In this document: piece by piece, positions 63,125-64,000 of the stretch
How positions within the stretch are numbered: position 1 is the first letter of the stretch
How the letters are laid out: each line of letters opens with the position of its first letter
Assembly (NCBI RefSeq): GCF_009914755.1
Contig: NC_060931.1
DNA: 64,000 bases
DNA from: the human T2T-CHM13v2.0 reference genome, Homo sapiens
Direction: 5' to 3' (one strand)
Notes under the pieces: generated by a model
What the model saw: the letters and a program-made list of their open reading frames with translations, nothing else
The model's database searches: none
Told to the model about the DNA's origin: nothing
Program-made: the position numbers and the translations under genes

Positions 63125-64000
<876 letters not shown>

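Overview
Primate (very likely human) genomic DNA. The left 39 kb holds the complete coding part of MIOS (GATOR2 subunit upstream of mTORC1) on the + strand. Ten coding exons (ATG 2297 to TAA 36902-36904) splice into 2628 nt = 875 aa, comprising WD40 propeller, alpha-solenoid and C-terminal Zn-finger/RING. The join closes in frame only if the first coding intron (3591-3918) is a minor-spliceosome AT-AC intron. The promoter and 5' non-coding exons lie outside the window. From about 39 to 64 kb the window is intergenic and repeat-rich: Alus, old L1/L2/MIR, DNA-transposon fossils, an MLT2 solo LTR, a MER11 solo LTR and a complete THE1D MaLR provirus with a perfect TSD. No new protein-coding gene or prokaryote-type system is supported; nearly all short ORFs in the track are repeat-derived. 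The most interesting signals are: (1) the AT-AC intron with a degenerate branch site, plus an overlapping uORF, on a nutrient-sensing gene; (2) a head-to-head Alu pair whose target-site duplications are swapped, recording an Alu-mediated micro-inversion; (3) four independent short local direct duplications (88-240 bp, 0.9-12.5 kb from their donors) that look like templated insertions; (4) an L1-mobilised polyadenylated LTR R-region retrocopy. Repeat family names come from recognition of consensus sequences by eye, not from a database run.
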